DNA of 64,000 nt from a virus. Taxonomy: Duplodnaviria; Caudoviricetes. Shown one piece after another: positions 37,066-46,598 of the stretch (its first letter is position 1; every line of letters begins with the position of its first letter). Under the pieces are notes generated by a model. The model searched no databases. It saw nothing but the letters and a program-made list of their open reading frames with translations, and was not told the origin of the DNA. The translations under genes were made by a program, and so were the position numbers. The DNA is taken from positions 32,001 to 96,000 of the IMG/VR virus record IMGVR_UViG_3300049004_000016; one strand, given 5' to 3'.

Positions 37066-38877
37066 GTGACTGACGGCACTATCGCGACCATCAACGGGAC
37101 GATGCTGGTGCCCGGTGTGTCCCTGAACCGTCGCCTGTACACCCCGGAGCTGATCGAGAAGACCGTCAAGCGCATGAAGGCCCGCATCGCTGACCCTGAC
37201 GGTCTGCCGATCGTGATGCGGACCCACCACGGTGCTGGTGATGACTCCAAGCTGATCGTGGGGCGGATCTCTGATGTGAGCCTCGGTGAGGGTGGGGCAG
37301 CGAAGTACAAAGCTGACCTGTACGACACCCACGCCGGTCGTGACATCGCCGCGCTGGCCACCCCGAAGAAGCCGGCACTGCGGTCCACCAGCATCCACGG
37401 GTACTGGCTCGGTCCGGTCACGACCGTCGACTACGACGGCCAGCGCGTGGAGACAGCCGATGACCTGGACATCGACGCGATCGACTTCACCCACACCCCT
37501 GGTGTGACCGGTGCGGTGTTGGACCTGGCCCCGGCTGGTGCTCAGGAGTCGGTCGCTGTGCGGACCCCGATCCAGGAGACGGTGGATGCCACGGTTACAC
37601 CGGCGGTTAATGAGATCGGTGAGGCGATTATTGAGGCTAAGGACCCCAAGAAACCGTATGGGGATGTCCAATACGCCGATCCTGGTTATCAGAAGGACGG
37701 CAAAAAACGGTACCCGCTGGACACTAAAGCCCATATCCGTGCCGCGTGGAGCTATGTCAATCAGGCCGATAACGCGAAAGAGTACACCCCTAAGCAACTG
37801 GCCCGCATCAAGGCGAAGATCAAGGCGGCCATGAAGAAGATCGGAGCGGATGTGGCGAAGGAAACCGAAACAACCCGGTGGGGTGAATTGCGGGAGTACT
37901 ACCCTGACGGTCCTGATGGTCAAGCCGGGTTCTGTGTGGACGCCTACAACGGGCCTATTTCGTTGACGGTGCGCGCGTATTCGGTTGACCCCTCTGATTT
38001 GCGGGCTGTTGCTGGTGCCGCGATGACAGCGGCGTGTGATGCGTTGCAGGCACTGGACCCCGATATGGACGGTGATATTGACGTCGGAACGGGGGAGGCC
38101 ACACCGGACGGTGAGACGCCCGCGACGGAGGCCGTCCACATTCAGACGGCAGGAACTGTGGTCACCGGTCAGGACCTGACCGAGGAGACCCAGCGCGCCC
38201 TGACGCGCACCACACCGGTCGCTGAGGCCCAGGCGCCGCCCGCTGACCCGCCCACACCCCCACCGGCGCCCGCCACTGAAACGTCCCCCGCCCAACCGGT
38301 CGAGGGCAGCACCAACACCGAGAAGGAGCCCGCCGTGAGCGAGCCAACCCAGGCGGCCGAAACCACGGCAGCCCCGACCCGCACTCTGACCGACGCTGAC
38401 GTTTCGGCGATCGGTGAGACCATCGGCGCGGCTTTCGCTGCCGCGTTGAAGGCGAACACCCCACCGGCCCCGGCGCCCGTCGCCGCCGCACCGGCCCCAG
38501 CCACCGCACCAGCGACCGAGACCGCTCCCCCCGCCACCGAGGCTGCACCGAAGGTGGACGCTGGGCAGGCGTTGAAGGAAACCGCTGCCGCTGCAATCGC
38601 TGAGGCCACCGCAGGGCTACGCACCGAGCTGACCACGTCAGTGCAGGAGACCGAGGGTCGCATCCTGACCGCTGTGCGGGAGGAACTGCAACGCCTCGGG
38701 ATTCGCCCGTCGCGTCAGGGCTTCCGTGTCCACGAGAACGACCAGGTGGACCCGACGCCTGCCGCAGCGTTCGAGGACCGCGCCAACATCCTGTTGGGTG
38801 ACTTCGCTAAGACCCCAGTGCCCCACGCCGGCACCGGCATCGCCCCGGCAGCTACTGGGGTCACCGCCACGGGCTGA
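37066..38877 (+). CDS. Capsid maturation protease/scaffold fusion with DUF6582-like insert
   Basis: G.S.N.R.Y, H, SIHG, IDFT..PG protease-like N-terminus, KKPYGDVQYADPG..RYPLDT..H.RAAWSY insert, Ala/Pro scaffold tail. Confidence 0.75.
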   Translation: MTDGTIATINGTMLVPGVSLNRRLYTPELIEKTVKRMKARIADPDGLPIVMRTHHGAGDDSKLIVGRISDVSLGEGGAAKYKADLYDTHAGRDIAALATPKKPALRSTSIHGYWLGPVTTVDYDGQRVETADDLDIDAIDFTHTPGVTGAVLDLAPAGAQESVAVRTPIQETVDATVTPAVNEIGEAIIEAKDPKKPYGDVQYADPGYQKDGKKRYPLDTKAHIRAAWSYVNQADNAKEYTPKQLARIKAKIKAAMKKIGADVAKETETTRWGELREYYPDGPDGQAGFCVDAYNGPISLTVRAYSVDPSDLRAVAGAAMTAACDALQALDPDMDGDIDVGTGEATPDGETPATEAVHIQTAGTVVTGQDLTEETQRALTRTTPVAEAQAPPADPPTPPPAPATETSPAQPVEGSTNTEKEPAVSEPTQAAETTAAPTRTLTDADVSAIGETIGAAFAAALKANTPPAPAPVAAAPAPATAPATETAPPATEAAPKVDAGQALKETAAAAIAEATAGLRTELTTSVQETEGRILTAVREELQRLGIRPSRQGFRVHENDQVDPTPAAAFEDRANILLGDFAKTPVPHAGTGIAPAATGVTATG

Positions 38878-38902
38878 CCGCTAGGCACCACCCACCACCC
38901 GT

Positions 38903-38933
38903 CCCGCCATGCCGTGAGTGTGGCGGGTTTTTT
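38903..38933 (+). terminator. Intrinsic terminator-like hairpin before the capsid gene
   Basis: CCCGCCA/TGGCGGG stem followed by T6. Confidence 0.65.
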
Positions 38934-38953
38934 CATGCCAAGAAAGAGCCACA

Positions 38954-40312
38954 ATGCCTAGTGAACTCCAGGAGGCACTGACCACCGCAGGGTCAGTGAC
39001 CCCCTTTATCCCAAAGTCTATTGACCCGGTACTCCTTGAGTACCAGCGTCGGTACGCGCCATTGCTGGCCGCTATCCCAACCAAGCAATGGAATAGCACC
39101 CAGTACTTCTTCAACCGTCGTGTCGCGCGCCCCGATTCCGGTGGTGTCGTTGACGGTGGTGCTAGGCCGATCGGTAACAGCGTTTACGAGCAGGCAGTGT
39201 TCAACATTCGCCTGTTCCAGGCCGTGGGTTCGGTGACCGGGTTCGCCCAGACCGTGACTCGTGACCTTGTCGGTGACCTGCGTCAGATGGAACTTGACGG
39301 CACGGTCACCAGCATGATGTGGACGCTGGAGAACACCCTGATCTGGGGTCACGACGGTGCCACAGTCGCCGGTCAGTACCCGATCTGCTCCGGTCTGGAC
39401 TACCTGGTGTCCAACTGGGTCGCCGGGTCTGGTTCCAATGCGTTCGTCAACTCCATTGATCAAGCCGGTGGCACTTTCGTGCTGCGGTACCTGGACCAGT
39501 TGATGGACATTGTGGAAACCAACGCCGCGATGCCGGTGGGGTCTTCCCACATGTTCCTGATGTCGCCGCGTATGGCGTCGTCTGTGTCGCAGGTCCTGAT
39601 GTCTCAGCAGCGTTTCGAGGCCCCCACCACCACCATTGGTGCCGGCCTGAACGTGCCGACTTACCGTGACGTGCCGATCGTGAAGACGTCGTTCCTGTCT
39701 CCGCGCGCGAACCAGCAGGGCACCGTCACCACCGGCACCGCGACCACTGGTGGGACGTTGGCCGCTGCCACGTACTCCTACAAAGTGGCGGCAGTGATCG
39801 CGCGGTTCGGTGAGATCCAGGCCAGCGTTGAGGTGTCCCAGGCGACCACCGGTTCCACCTCCACCGTGACCCTGACCGTGGCTGCACCGGCGAACATGCC
39901 TGATGGTGCTGCCCCGATCCTGTACAAGATCTACCGCTCCACTTCCACCGGCGCGGAGACCCTGCTCGGTGTTGTGGACGCGTTCGACACCACCGGTGCC
40001 GCTGTCACCACCATCACCGACACCGGCACCAACCTGCTCACCAACGGTTCAGGCAACACCGGCCCGGCTGCCTACCAGGGCACCAACGTCGGCGCGCTGC
40101 CGCGCACTGGGGTCCATGAGGACGTGTACCTGGTGCCACGGGACCCGAACTTCCTTGTTCGCCCCTACACCCGCGACATGCAGATCATTCCGCTGTCGCC
40201 CACGGTGACCGCCCCGGACACCCTGCCGTTCGCCGTCTTGACGGACACGTGCCTCGCGGTTCGTGCACCCAAGTACGTCGGCCGGTTGTCCCGTGTGATC
40301 GCCAGCCTGTAA
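38954..40312 (+). CDS. Major capsid protein (with Thr/Gly-rich beta-sandwich insertion)
   Basis: Position after scaffold, ENTLIWG..GLD and YRDVPIV HK97-fold-like motifs, highly biased codon use. Confidence 0.8.
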   Translation: MPSELQEALTTAGSVTPFIPKSIDPVLLEYQRRYAPLLAAIPTKQWNSTQYFFNRRVARPDSGGVVDGGARPIGNSVYEQAVFNIRLFQAVGSVTGFAQTVTRDLVGDLRQMELDGTVTSMMWTLENTLIWGHDGATVAGQYPICSGLDYLVSNWVAGSGSNAFVNSIDQAGGTFVLRYLDQLMDIVETNAAMPVGSSHMFLMSPRMASSVSQVLMSQQRFEAPTTTIGAGLNVPTYRDVPIVKTSFLSPRANQQGTVTTGTATTGGTLAAATYSYKVAAVIARFGEIQASVEVSQATTGSTSTVTLTVAAPANMPDGAAPILYKIYRSTSTGAETLLGVVDAFDTTGAAVTTITDTGTNLLTNGSGNTGPAAYQGTNVGALPRTGVHEDVYLVPRDPNFLVRPYTRDMQIIPLSPTVTAPDTLPFAVLTDTCLAVRAPKYVGRLSRVIASL

Positions 40313-40395
40313 TCCCCACCCGGACTCCCAGGGGGCGTGGCCTACCGCGCTCGGCTGCGCCCCTTGGGTCCATTTCACTGGAGACGAGGTTCCTT

Positions 40396-40713
40396 GTGTT
40401 CGCTGCCCGTTCAGTGATCATCCCCAGTAATCACAAGGCCGTGGAGTTGACCGCAGGGCTGGACACCACCGGCAAGTACACGATGCTGGTGCGGTTACGG
40501 CCGACCACGACCAGCGGCAACGGTGTGTTCGTCGGTGGGCCTGATGTGGGAATGAACCACGGGTTCCTGCTGTCGAATGACTCCTCAGTGGATTCAACGA
40601 TCACCCCCAACCCGCAAGTCACCGCCACATTGCAACCCGGTGAAACAGTGTGGGCCGCCCAATTCACTGGATCCCAACAGATCGTTGACGTCTTGGTGTA
40701 TTCCGCCGACTAA
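40396..40713 (+). CDS. Virion structural/hypothetical protein
   Basis: Beta-rich ORF after the capsid gene. Confidence 0.55.
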   Translation: MFAARSVIIPSNHKAVELTAGLDTTGKYTMLVRLRPTTTSGNGVFVGGPDVGMNHGFLLSNDSSVDSTITPNPQVTATLQPGETVWAAQFTGSQQIVDVLVYSAD

Positions 40714-40729
40714 CAGATAAGGATTCGCC

Positions 40730-41056
40730 ATGGGTGCACCTGCTGTGACCCTCGTTGATGCCGGTGGGTTCCCCGTGTCGGCATCCAGTTCCGGTGTCGT
40801 CGCCGCTGGCGCGGGCACGACCGTTATCAAGAACGGGCCGGGGCGTTTGGGGCGTGTGACCGTCACCGGTGCAGTACCGACCGGTGCCCTGACGTTCTAC
40901 GACAATGCGTCAACCGGTTCTGGCACTGTCCTGGCCATTATCCCGGCTAGTGGTGTCACCTCCGGTCAGACTTTCGATGTCCAAATGCCAGCAGCGAACG
41001 GGATAACAGCCGTGGGCGCTGTTGGTTCCGCTGCTGTGACCGTCAGCTACAGCTAA
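40730..41056 (+). CDS. Virion structural/hypothetical protein
   Basis: Gly/Thr-rich with LTFYDNA..SGT motif. Confidence 0.65.
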   Translation: MGAPAVTLVDAGGFPVSASSSGVVAAGAGTTVIKNGPGRLGRVTVTGAVPTGALTFYDNASTGSGTVLAIIPASGVTSGQTFDVQMPAANGITAVGAVGSAAVTVSYS

Positions 41057-41076
41057 ACGGAAAGCGAGATCACGTC

Positions 41077-41412
41077 ATGTCGGTTTGGTTGAAGAAGCGC
41101 ACTGCTGGTTCCGCTCCCGGTGTGGAGTGGACCAAAGACGGGGACGTACAGGAAGTCCAGGACGAGGACATGGCCAGAGAACTGCTGGACCGTGGTGATG
41201 GGGAGTTCACCGAGGCGAAGCGCCCGGCAGGTGCCCGCCCCTCCGATGAGGCCAACGCTGATCGTGTCGGCCGGGAGGTCTCAGAGACCGGGACCGGGAA
41301 CGCCGCGAAGGCCGACGCAGGTCCGGCGGCCACCCCCGTCAAGGCCACCACTGGTGCCGTGATTCCGGGTGACACCACCACCAACCCCACCAGCACCAAG
41401 GCCGGGAAGTAG
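41077..41412 (+). CDS. Hypothetical protein
   Basis: ORF in the head-completion region. Confidence 0.6.
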   Translation: MSVWLKKRTAGSAPGVEWTKDGDVQEVQDEDMARELLDRGDGEFTEAKRPAGARPSDEANADRVGREVSETGTGNAAKADAGPAATPVKATTGAVIPGDTTTNPTSTKAGK

Positions 41413-41437
41413 CCGCGCGGCGTCCAGGGGGTGACGT

Positions 41438-42100
41438 ATGAGCCTTGACCAACCGATCCCCCTGGCCACCGCAGCCCAATTCACTGAGGGCCCGTTCGCC
41501 AACCTGGTTCAGGGGTTCACCGCCCAAGCACTGACCAACCTGATGCTGACGGCCACCAGGTCGTGTGAGTCGGCGTGTGACCGGCGGCTGGTGCCGTTCA
41601 CTGGGCTGTTGGAGACGATGCGCGCGGAGTCCGTCGACGTTGAGGACGCGATCGACGCCTACGTGCCACTGGACCCCACCGCCCAGCTCGGTGCGTCGCG
41701 TGCGGCGTCACTGGGGTCCACGATGCTGGTGCGGCACTTCTGGGTCCGGGAGTACCCACCCCGGTACCCCGAACTGTGGACTGGCGCGATCCAGTCGATC
41801 AACCTTTACCGGTCGTTCGCTGGGCAGCAGGCCGTCCAGCCGTCCACGATGCAGTTCGAGCCGGACACCGGGCACCTGCGGTTCCAGCTTGGGACGTTCG
41901 TGCCCCAGGGCACCACCATCGCCATCGCCTACTCCGGTGGGTACGGCACCATCCCAGCGGATCTGGTGGAGGCTGGTCGGTTCATGGCCGCTTCGATCGC
42001 GGTCAAGCAACTCGATCCCGTCGACGGCCGGTCCGGGCATGACCCGGATGCGTTGCGCGCTGAGGCGATGGAGATGTTGGCTCCGTACGTCCGCCGGTAG
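41438..42100 (+). CDS. Head-to-tail adaptor
   Basis: AT...E..C.R, YSGGY.TIP.DL..A, terminal L.PY. Confidence 0.75.
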   Translation: MSLDQPIPLATAAQFTEGPFANLVQGFTAQALTNLMLTATRSCESACDRRLVPFTGLLETMRAESVDVEDAIDAYVPLDPTAQLGASRAASLGSTMLVRHFWVREYPPRYPELWTGAIQSINLYRSFAGQQAVQPSTMQFEPDTGHLRFQLGTFVPQGTTIAIAYSGGYGTIPADLVEAGRFMAASIAVKQLDPVDGRSGHDPDALRAEAMEMLAPYVRR

Positions 42101-42117
42101 GCCAGAGGGGGCGTGGC

Positions 42118-42771
42118 GTGGCCAAACGCAAGGGGCACAAGCTCAGCGCGGCCACCAAAGCGAAGATCTCCGCCAAGCTCAAAGGCAAGAAGCACCCTGG
42201 GCACAAAGGCACCCACAAAGGTCACCCGATGTCAGCGGCGACCAGGGCGAAGATCTCCGCCGCGCTCAAGGGGCGCCACACCGCAGGCCATAAGGGCCAC
42301 GCGATGTCCTCGGCGACCCGCGCGAAGATCTCGGCAGCGTTGAAGGGCAAACACCACGCCGGGCACGCGATGTCAGCAGCGACCAAAGCGAAGATCAGTG
42401 CCGCGCTGAAAGGCAAAACCCACAAGGGCCACCCGCTGTCCGCTGCGTCACGGGCGAAGATCTCGGCTAGCTTGCTGGCCCGCCACGGCCGCACAACCCC
42501 GCTGCATCCCGTCAACCACACACCGGGGGCGAAACGGGCACGGACCACTCACCACGGGACCAAGACCGGGGCGCACAAGCAAGCGTCGCTGCACCGTCCA
42601 GCGCACCCGAAGTCCCGCACCGGTGGGCGTCGCGGGCTGATCTCCGCGCACACCCGGCGTCACCTCAAGGGGTTCCTGCACAAGGGGATTCGCCATCACC
42701 GTCACCGTCCGGTGTTGCGCCGCCGTGCGCGGGCTCACCGGGTGTGGAAGCGACGGAGGCGGTCACGGTGA
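42118..42771 (+). CDS. Extremely basic NUMOD3-like repeat protein
   Basis: Five H.(M/L)S.AT(R/K)AKISA.L repeats and no Asp or Glu in 217 aa. Confidence 0.75.
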   Translation: MAKRKGHKLSAATKAKISAKLKGKKHPGHKGTHKGHPMSAATRAKISAALKGRHTAGHKGHAMSSATRAKISAALKGKHHAGHAMSAATKAKISAALKGKTHKGHPLSAASRAKISASLLARHGRTTPLHPVNHTPGAKRARTTHHGTKTGAHKQASLHRPAHPKSRTGGRRGLISAHTRRHLKGFLHKGIRHHRHRPVLRRRARAHRVWKRRRRSR

Positions 42772-43060
42772 GGTCCCCGATGGTCTCCGGGGTGTGATCC
42801 AACGGCTGAGGGTTCTCCGGCAGCGGCTGGTCACGCCACTCATCACGATCGGTGATCAACCTGTCCACGTAGTGGGGGTCCAGACCGGTCGCCCGGACAC
42901 CAACGAACTGGACTTCCCCACCGGGGTTGAGCCCTGACACGTAGGCCCACGTCATGGCCTCAGCAAAGGTGTCGGCTTCGGTGTTGAGCCCACCGAGCCA
43001 CTGAGGCCCGTCAGGGTGCTCGGTGTCGACGAAAGACATGTGCCAGTAGGTCCGTGTCAT
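42665..43060 (-). CDS. Inverted hypothetical gene (moron-like)
   Basis: YWHMSFVD...WLG...GLNPGGEV pattern, opposite to the structural operon. Confidence 0.55.
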   Translation of the reverse strand: MTRTYWHMSFVDTEHPDGPQWLGGLNTEADTFAEAMTWAYVSGLNPGGEVQFVGVRATGLDPHYVDRLITDRDEWRDQPLPENPQPLDHTPETIGDLTVTASVASTPGEPAHGGATPDGDGDGESPCAGTP

Positions 43061-43093
43061 CCGATGATCGTAGGCAGTAACGAGGAGGAACCG

Positions 43094-43357
43094 ATGGCCA
43101 GCGAAGACAACGACGCCCACCCCAACCCTGGTGCGGTCGGTCACGAGCACCAGGTGGCTGTCCACGCCGGGTATGACCAGGAGACGGAGCTGGAGTTGGC
43201 CCGGCGTGCCACCGCTGAGGGCCTGATCGGTGACGGGGGCGACAAGGACCCCGAGGGGTACCCCGTCCACGCCGGGCACGCGCACGTCGCGGGTATCGAC
43301 GGACCCCAGGATGGGGAGTCGGGCGTTGACGACGACACCGGCCACAACCAGGACTGA
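43094..43357 (+). CDS. Small acidic protein
   Basis: GAGGAGG RBS, D/E/H-rich. Confidence 0.55.
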   Translation: MASEDNDAHPNPGAVGHEHQVAVHAGYDQETELELARRATAEGLIGDGGDKDPEGYPVHAGHAHVAGIDGPQDGESGVDDDTGHNQD

Positions 43358-43428
43358 CCTAGCGAGCGACGGCCCGATCCTCCCCTACTCCGGGGGTCGG
43401 GCCGTCGCCGTACCCAGGGGGTGATCGG

Positions 43429-43920
43429 GTGAACACCGCTGACGCGTGTGATCGGGAAGCGGCGTGGCTGTCGACGGCCGGTGATGGCCTGCCGACGCTG
43501 CCGGCCACCGCTGGTGGCCCCTTCGGGTTGATCCAGGCTTACTGGCCCCGGACCCCCGGTAAACGCAACGCCGGGCAGTTGTATGTGCTGCGCAGGACGA
43601 TCGAGGAGAAGCGGTTCGCTAACCAGCGGCGCATGGCCACCCACCACCTGGTGCTCAAGCTGGTATGGCCGTTGACGTCCGGGTCCGGTAACGCTGAGGC
43701 CGATCAGCGTGGTTTCGATGCGGCGATCGATCTGGTCATTACCCGCATTGGTGGGTTCGTTGGTGACAAGACCCACGGTGGCCGGTTCCTGTCGGTCGCT
43801 GAGGGCGACCACTCCGGTGTGACGGTCCATTTCGATGACCCGGCGTCCACGTTGCCACCGGGAGCGGAGTTCCGCGCGGAGATCATGTACTCCGCTGATG
43901 ATCAAGACTTCACTGGCTAG
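43429..43920 (+). CDS. Tail terminator/neck protein (putative)
   Basis: Size and position before the major tail gene. Confidence 0.6.
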   Translation: MNTADACDREAAWLSTAGDGLPTLPATAGGPFGLIQAYWPRTPGKRNAGQLYVLRRTIEEKRFANQRRMATHHLVLKLVWPLTSGSGNAEADQRGFDAAIDLVITRIGGFVGDKTHGGRFLSVAEGDHSGVTVHFDDPASTLPPGAEFRAEIMYSADDQDFTG

Positions 43921-43989
43921 CTCGTTTCACCCCCCATTCCCACCCGGTGCCGCCGGGTGCTCCCGCGCGCTCCCGGAAGGCGAATCGCC

Positions 43990-44292
43990 GTGCTCCAACG
44001 AAACACCAGCGGATACCCAATCGGACTGCCCACGCTCGGTCTTGGTCGCCAGATCCACCCCGGTGAGGACTTCGACCACAAGGAGCGCCTGGCCGGGTTC
44101 ACCCCGGTTGATGAGTTGGACCAGGCCGAAGACACCGACGCGCAGCCGGACGCCGAAACCGAGCCCACCAGCGACCAGGACGCCACCGCAGCCAGCGACG
44201 ACGCACCGCAGCTCGACGCGCAGCCGTCACCGGTGGCAGTCGACTCCATCCCCGTCCGCGACACCACCGAGCAGCACGCCGAGGAGGCGTAA
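43990..44292 (+). CDS. Acidic hypothetical protein
   Basis: ORF immediately before the tail tube gene. Confidence 0.5.
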   Translation: MLQRNTSGYPIGLPTLGLGRQIHPGEDFDHKERLAGFTPVDELDQAEDTDAQPDAETEPTSDQDATAASDDAPQLDAQPSPVAVDSIPVRDTTEQHAEEA

Positions 44293-44295
44293 CCG

Positions 44296-45465
44296 ATGAC
44301 CGCCCTTTCGCGCCTCGCGCACCTGGGTATCGCCAAGGAAACCGTGATCGGCACCTACCTGGCGCCCACCGTGTTCGTGCCGTTCACCAAGGCCGACTAC
44401 GAGGACATGTACACCGAGATCAAAGACGAGTCGATCCGCGCGAACGACTCGGTGTTGCAGGGCATCTACCAGGGCCCCGTGGAAGCCGACTGGTCGATTG
44501 ACCTCATGGCCTACCCCGACGTTGTCGGCCACTTCCTACGCGGCTCCATCGGCCCCGACACCGTCGCGACTGGGGTGTCCACCACCGTGGCCACCGGCGG
44601 GTCAGCGATCGGCGCCACCACCCTGCCGTCCACGGCCACCATCCCCGCGCTGTCGTACATCAGCGTCGGCACCGGCGCCACCCAGGAGTACGCCTACGTC
44701 ACCGCAGTGTCCGGTGCCGGCCCGTTCAACCTGACGGTCACCACCGTGGTCGGTCAGGCCATCGGTTTGACCAAGGCCCACGTCGCGACCGAACCGCTCG
44801 TGTCCCAAACCACCCACACTTTCAAGCAGTCACCGTCAGCGGCCAAGGCCACGTACTCCCTGACGGTGTACGACACCTCCAGCGGCACCCCGACGCTGGG
44901 GTATGTCGGTGCCGCGTTCTCCGATGTGGGATTCAAGATCGACCCCAAGGGCTCGGTCAGCCTGAACACCAAACTCAAGGCACTGCCAGGGGTAGCCCAG
45001 TCCACCCCGACACCGACCTACACCGCGCTGCCGCCGGTACTGGGTTGGCAGTGGGTGATGACCAACGCCGGTGGTGCTTCCACCCGTGGCCTGTCCCTGG
45101 ATTTGAGCATCAAACGCGCGGTGGAGGCCATCCACTCCAGCAACGGGTTGCAGGCACCACGGGAGATCTTCCAGGGCGCCCTGGATGTCGACGGCACGTA
45201 TAAGGCGATCTTCGAGAACCTGACGGACCTGAACCTTTACACCAACTACACCCAGACCCCGACTACCGCGACGCTACTGCAACCAGCGGTGTTCGGTGGC
45301 GCTTCCCTGGCGTTGAACCTTTCCCAATCAGGGTGGTTCAAAGGAAAGCGTGACCTCGGCTCCGCATACGTCCAGGCGGCATTCAGCCTGGCCGGTATTT
45401 ACAACGCCACTGACGCCGGTTCTGTCAGCGCAGTGTTGAAGAACTTCCAAACGGCCAGCTACTGA
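44296..45465 (+). CDS. Major tail (tube) protein
   Basis: LGIAKET..GT start, THTF, Thr-rich, position before TAC and TMP. Confidence 0.8.
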   Translation: MTALSRLAHLGIAKETVIGTYLAPTVFVPFTKADYEDMYTEIKDESIRANDSVLQGIYQGPVEADWSIDLMAYPDVVGHFLRGSIGPDTVATGVSTTVATGGSAIGATTLPSTATIPALSYISVGTGATQEYAYVTAVSGAGPFNLTVTTVVGQAIGLTKAHVATEPLVSQTTHTFKQSPSAAKATYSLTVYDTSSGTPTLGYVGAAFSDVGFKIDPKGSVSLNTKLKALPGVAQSTPTPTYTALPPVLGWQWVMTNAGGASTRGLSLDLSIKRAVEAIHSSNGLQAPREIFQGALDVDGTYKAIFENLTDLNLYTNYTQTPTTATLLQPAVFGGASLALNLSQSGWFKGKRDLGSAYVQAAFSLAGIYNATDAGSVSAVLKNFQTASY

Positions 45466-45503
45466 GCTGGGTCGTCCCTTTCGAGCGCAAGGGGTGATCC
45501 CTG

Positions 45504-45980
45504 ATGGGTTACGCCAACACCGTCGTGCATATGGACTTCTCTGACCTCAGCGAAGACCCAGTGGGCGATCCGATCTGGATTTCGGTCCGCAACTTCAAAA
45601 TGATGAGCCCCGGTGAACTGGCGCCACGGGACATCCCGCTGGACGCTGACGGCAAACCGAAAGACCCAGAGCAGGCACAGCAGGCCATGTATGAGGTCCT
45701 GGCCAAGACAATCATCGGGTGGCGTGTGTATGACGCCAACTCCCTGGCAGTCGACCCCGAGACCGGCACCCCGCTACCAATGCGGCGACTGGAATCACCC
45801 CCGACACCAGCACGGGTGGCGTGCCTACCCGTGGAGATCATCAACCGACTGTCGGACGAAATGGCCAAAGCAGTAAACCCTCCCTCGGACTCGGCGAGCC
45901 CTATTACGAAGACGTCATCCTCGTTGCCGAGTCCATCTACGACGGAACTTGGGGAGGCGGGGCAGTCCCTGGCGAGCTGA
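45504..45980 (+). CDS. Tail assembly chaperone (G)
   Basis: Position and slippery A AAC CCT at 45875-45881. Confidence 0.75.
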   Translation: MGYANTVVHMDFSDLSEDPVGDPIWISVRNFKMMSPGELAPRDIPLDADGKPKDPEQAQQAMYEVLAKTIIGWRVYDANSLAVDPETGTPLPMRRLESPPTPARVACLPVEIINRLSDEMAKAVNPPSDSASPITKTSSSLPSPSTTELGEAGQSLAS

Positions 45981-46138
45981 TCGACTTCGAGTTGATGCGC
46001 CAAATGAGGTGGTCCTGGGCGGAACTCCAGGCGTGCCCGATCTATGTGCGCCGGTACGTGTGGGACTTCCTGGAGATCCGGGCACAAGCCGAACGCGACG
46101 CCGCCGAAGACCAACGCCGGAGGCACCGTCATGGCTGA
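45875..46138 (+). CDS. Tail assembly chaperone -1 frameshift extension (GT)
   Basis: Overlapping -1 frame ORF with LMRQMRWSWAELQACP. Confidence 0.65.
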   Translation, partial: KPSLGLGEPYYEDVILVAESIYDGTWGGGAVPGELIDFELMRQMRWSWAELQACPIYVRRYVWDFLEIRAQAERDAAEDQRRRHRHG

Positions 46139-46577
46139 GTTGCTGCCTGGTGTCCTGCCGGCCATGTTGACGCGGATCGCAGCGGTCAGCGAAGTGAAGT
46201 CCCGGTCGGCGTTGACTGCCGTCGCGTTGGCCGTGGAGAAGCAAGCGAAGATCAACGCCAGTAGTGGTCAGCACCGGCGTGGCACCAAGACACCAGCGTC
46301 ACGGGGGTCCGGTCCGGCCCGGATCTCCGGGACGTTGGTCAGGTCCATCACCCACACCCCTGCCGTGATGGGCCTGTCGGGGTGGGAGACCCGCGTCGGT
46401 GTCGCCGATGGGTTGTTCTCGCCGTACAACCACCGAACCCAGTCCAGCACCTACGGGAAGTATTTGGAAACCGGGTTACGCGGCGGGGGCACATACCCAT
46501 TCCTGGGACCGGCTTTCCACATGGTGTCCAGCATCTCCATCTACACGATTTTCAAGGCTGTGTTCTCGCTGGGCTAA
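46131..46577 (+). CDS. HK97 gp10-like tail/neck protein
   Basis: P..ISGTLVRSI, YGKYLETG, YPFL.PA. Confidence 0.7.
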   Translation: MAELLPGVLPAMLTRIAAVSEVKSRSALTAVALAVEKQAKINASSGQHRRGTKTPASRGSGPARISGTLVRSITHTPAVMGLSGWETRVGVADGLFSPYNHRTQSSTYGKYLETGLRGGGTYPFLGPAFHMVSSISIYTIFKAVFSLG

Positions 46578-46598
46578 TGGATGGGGGCTTGCCGGGTC

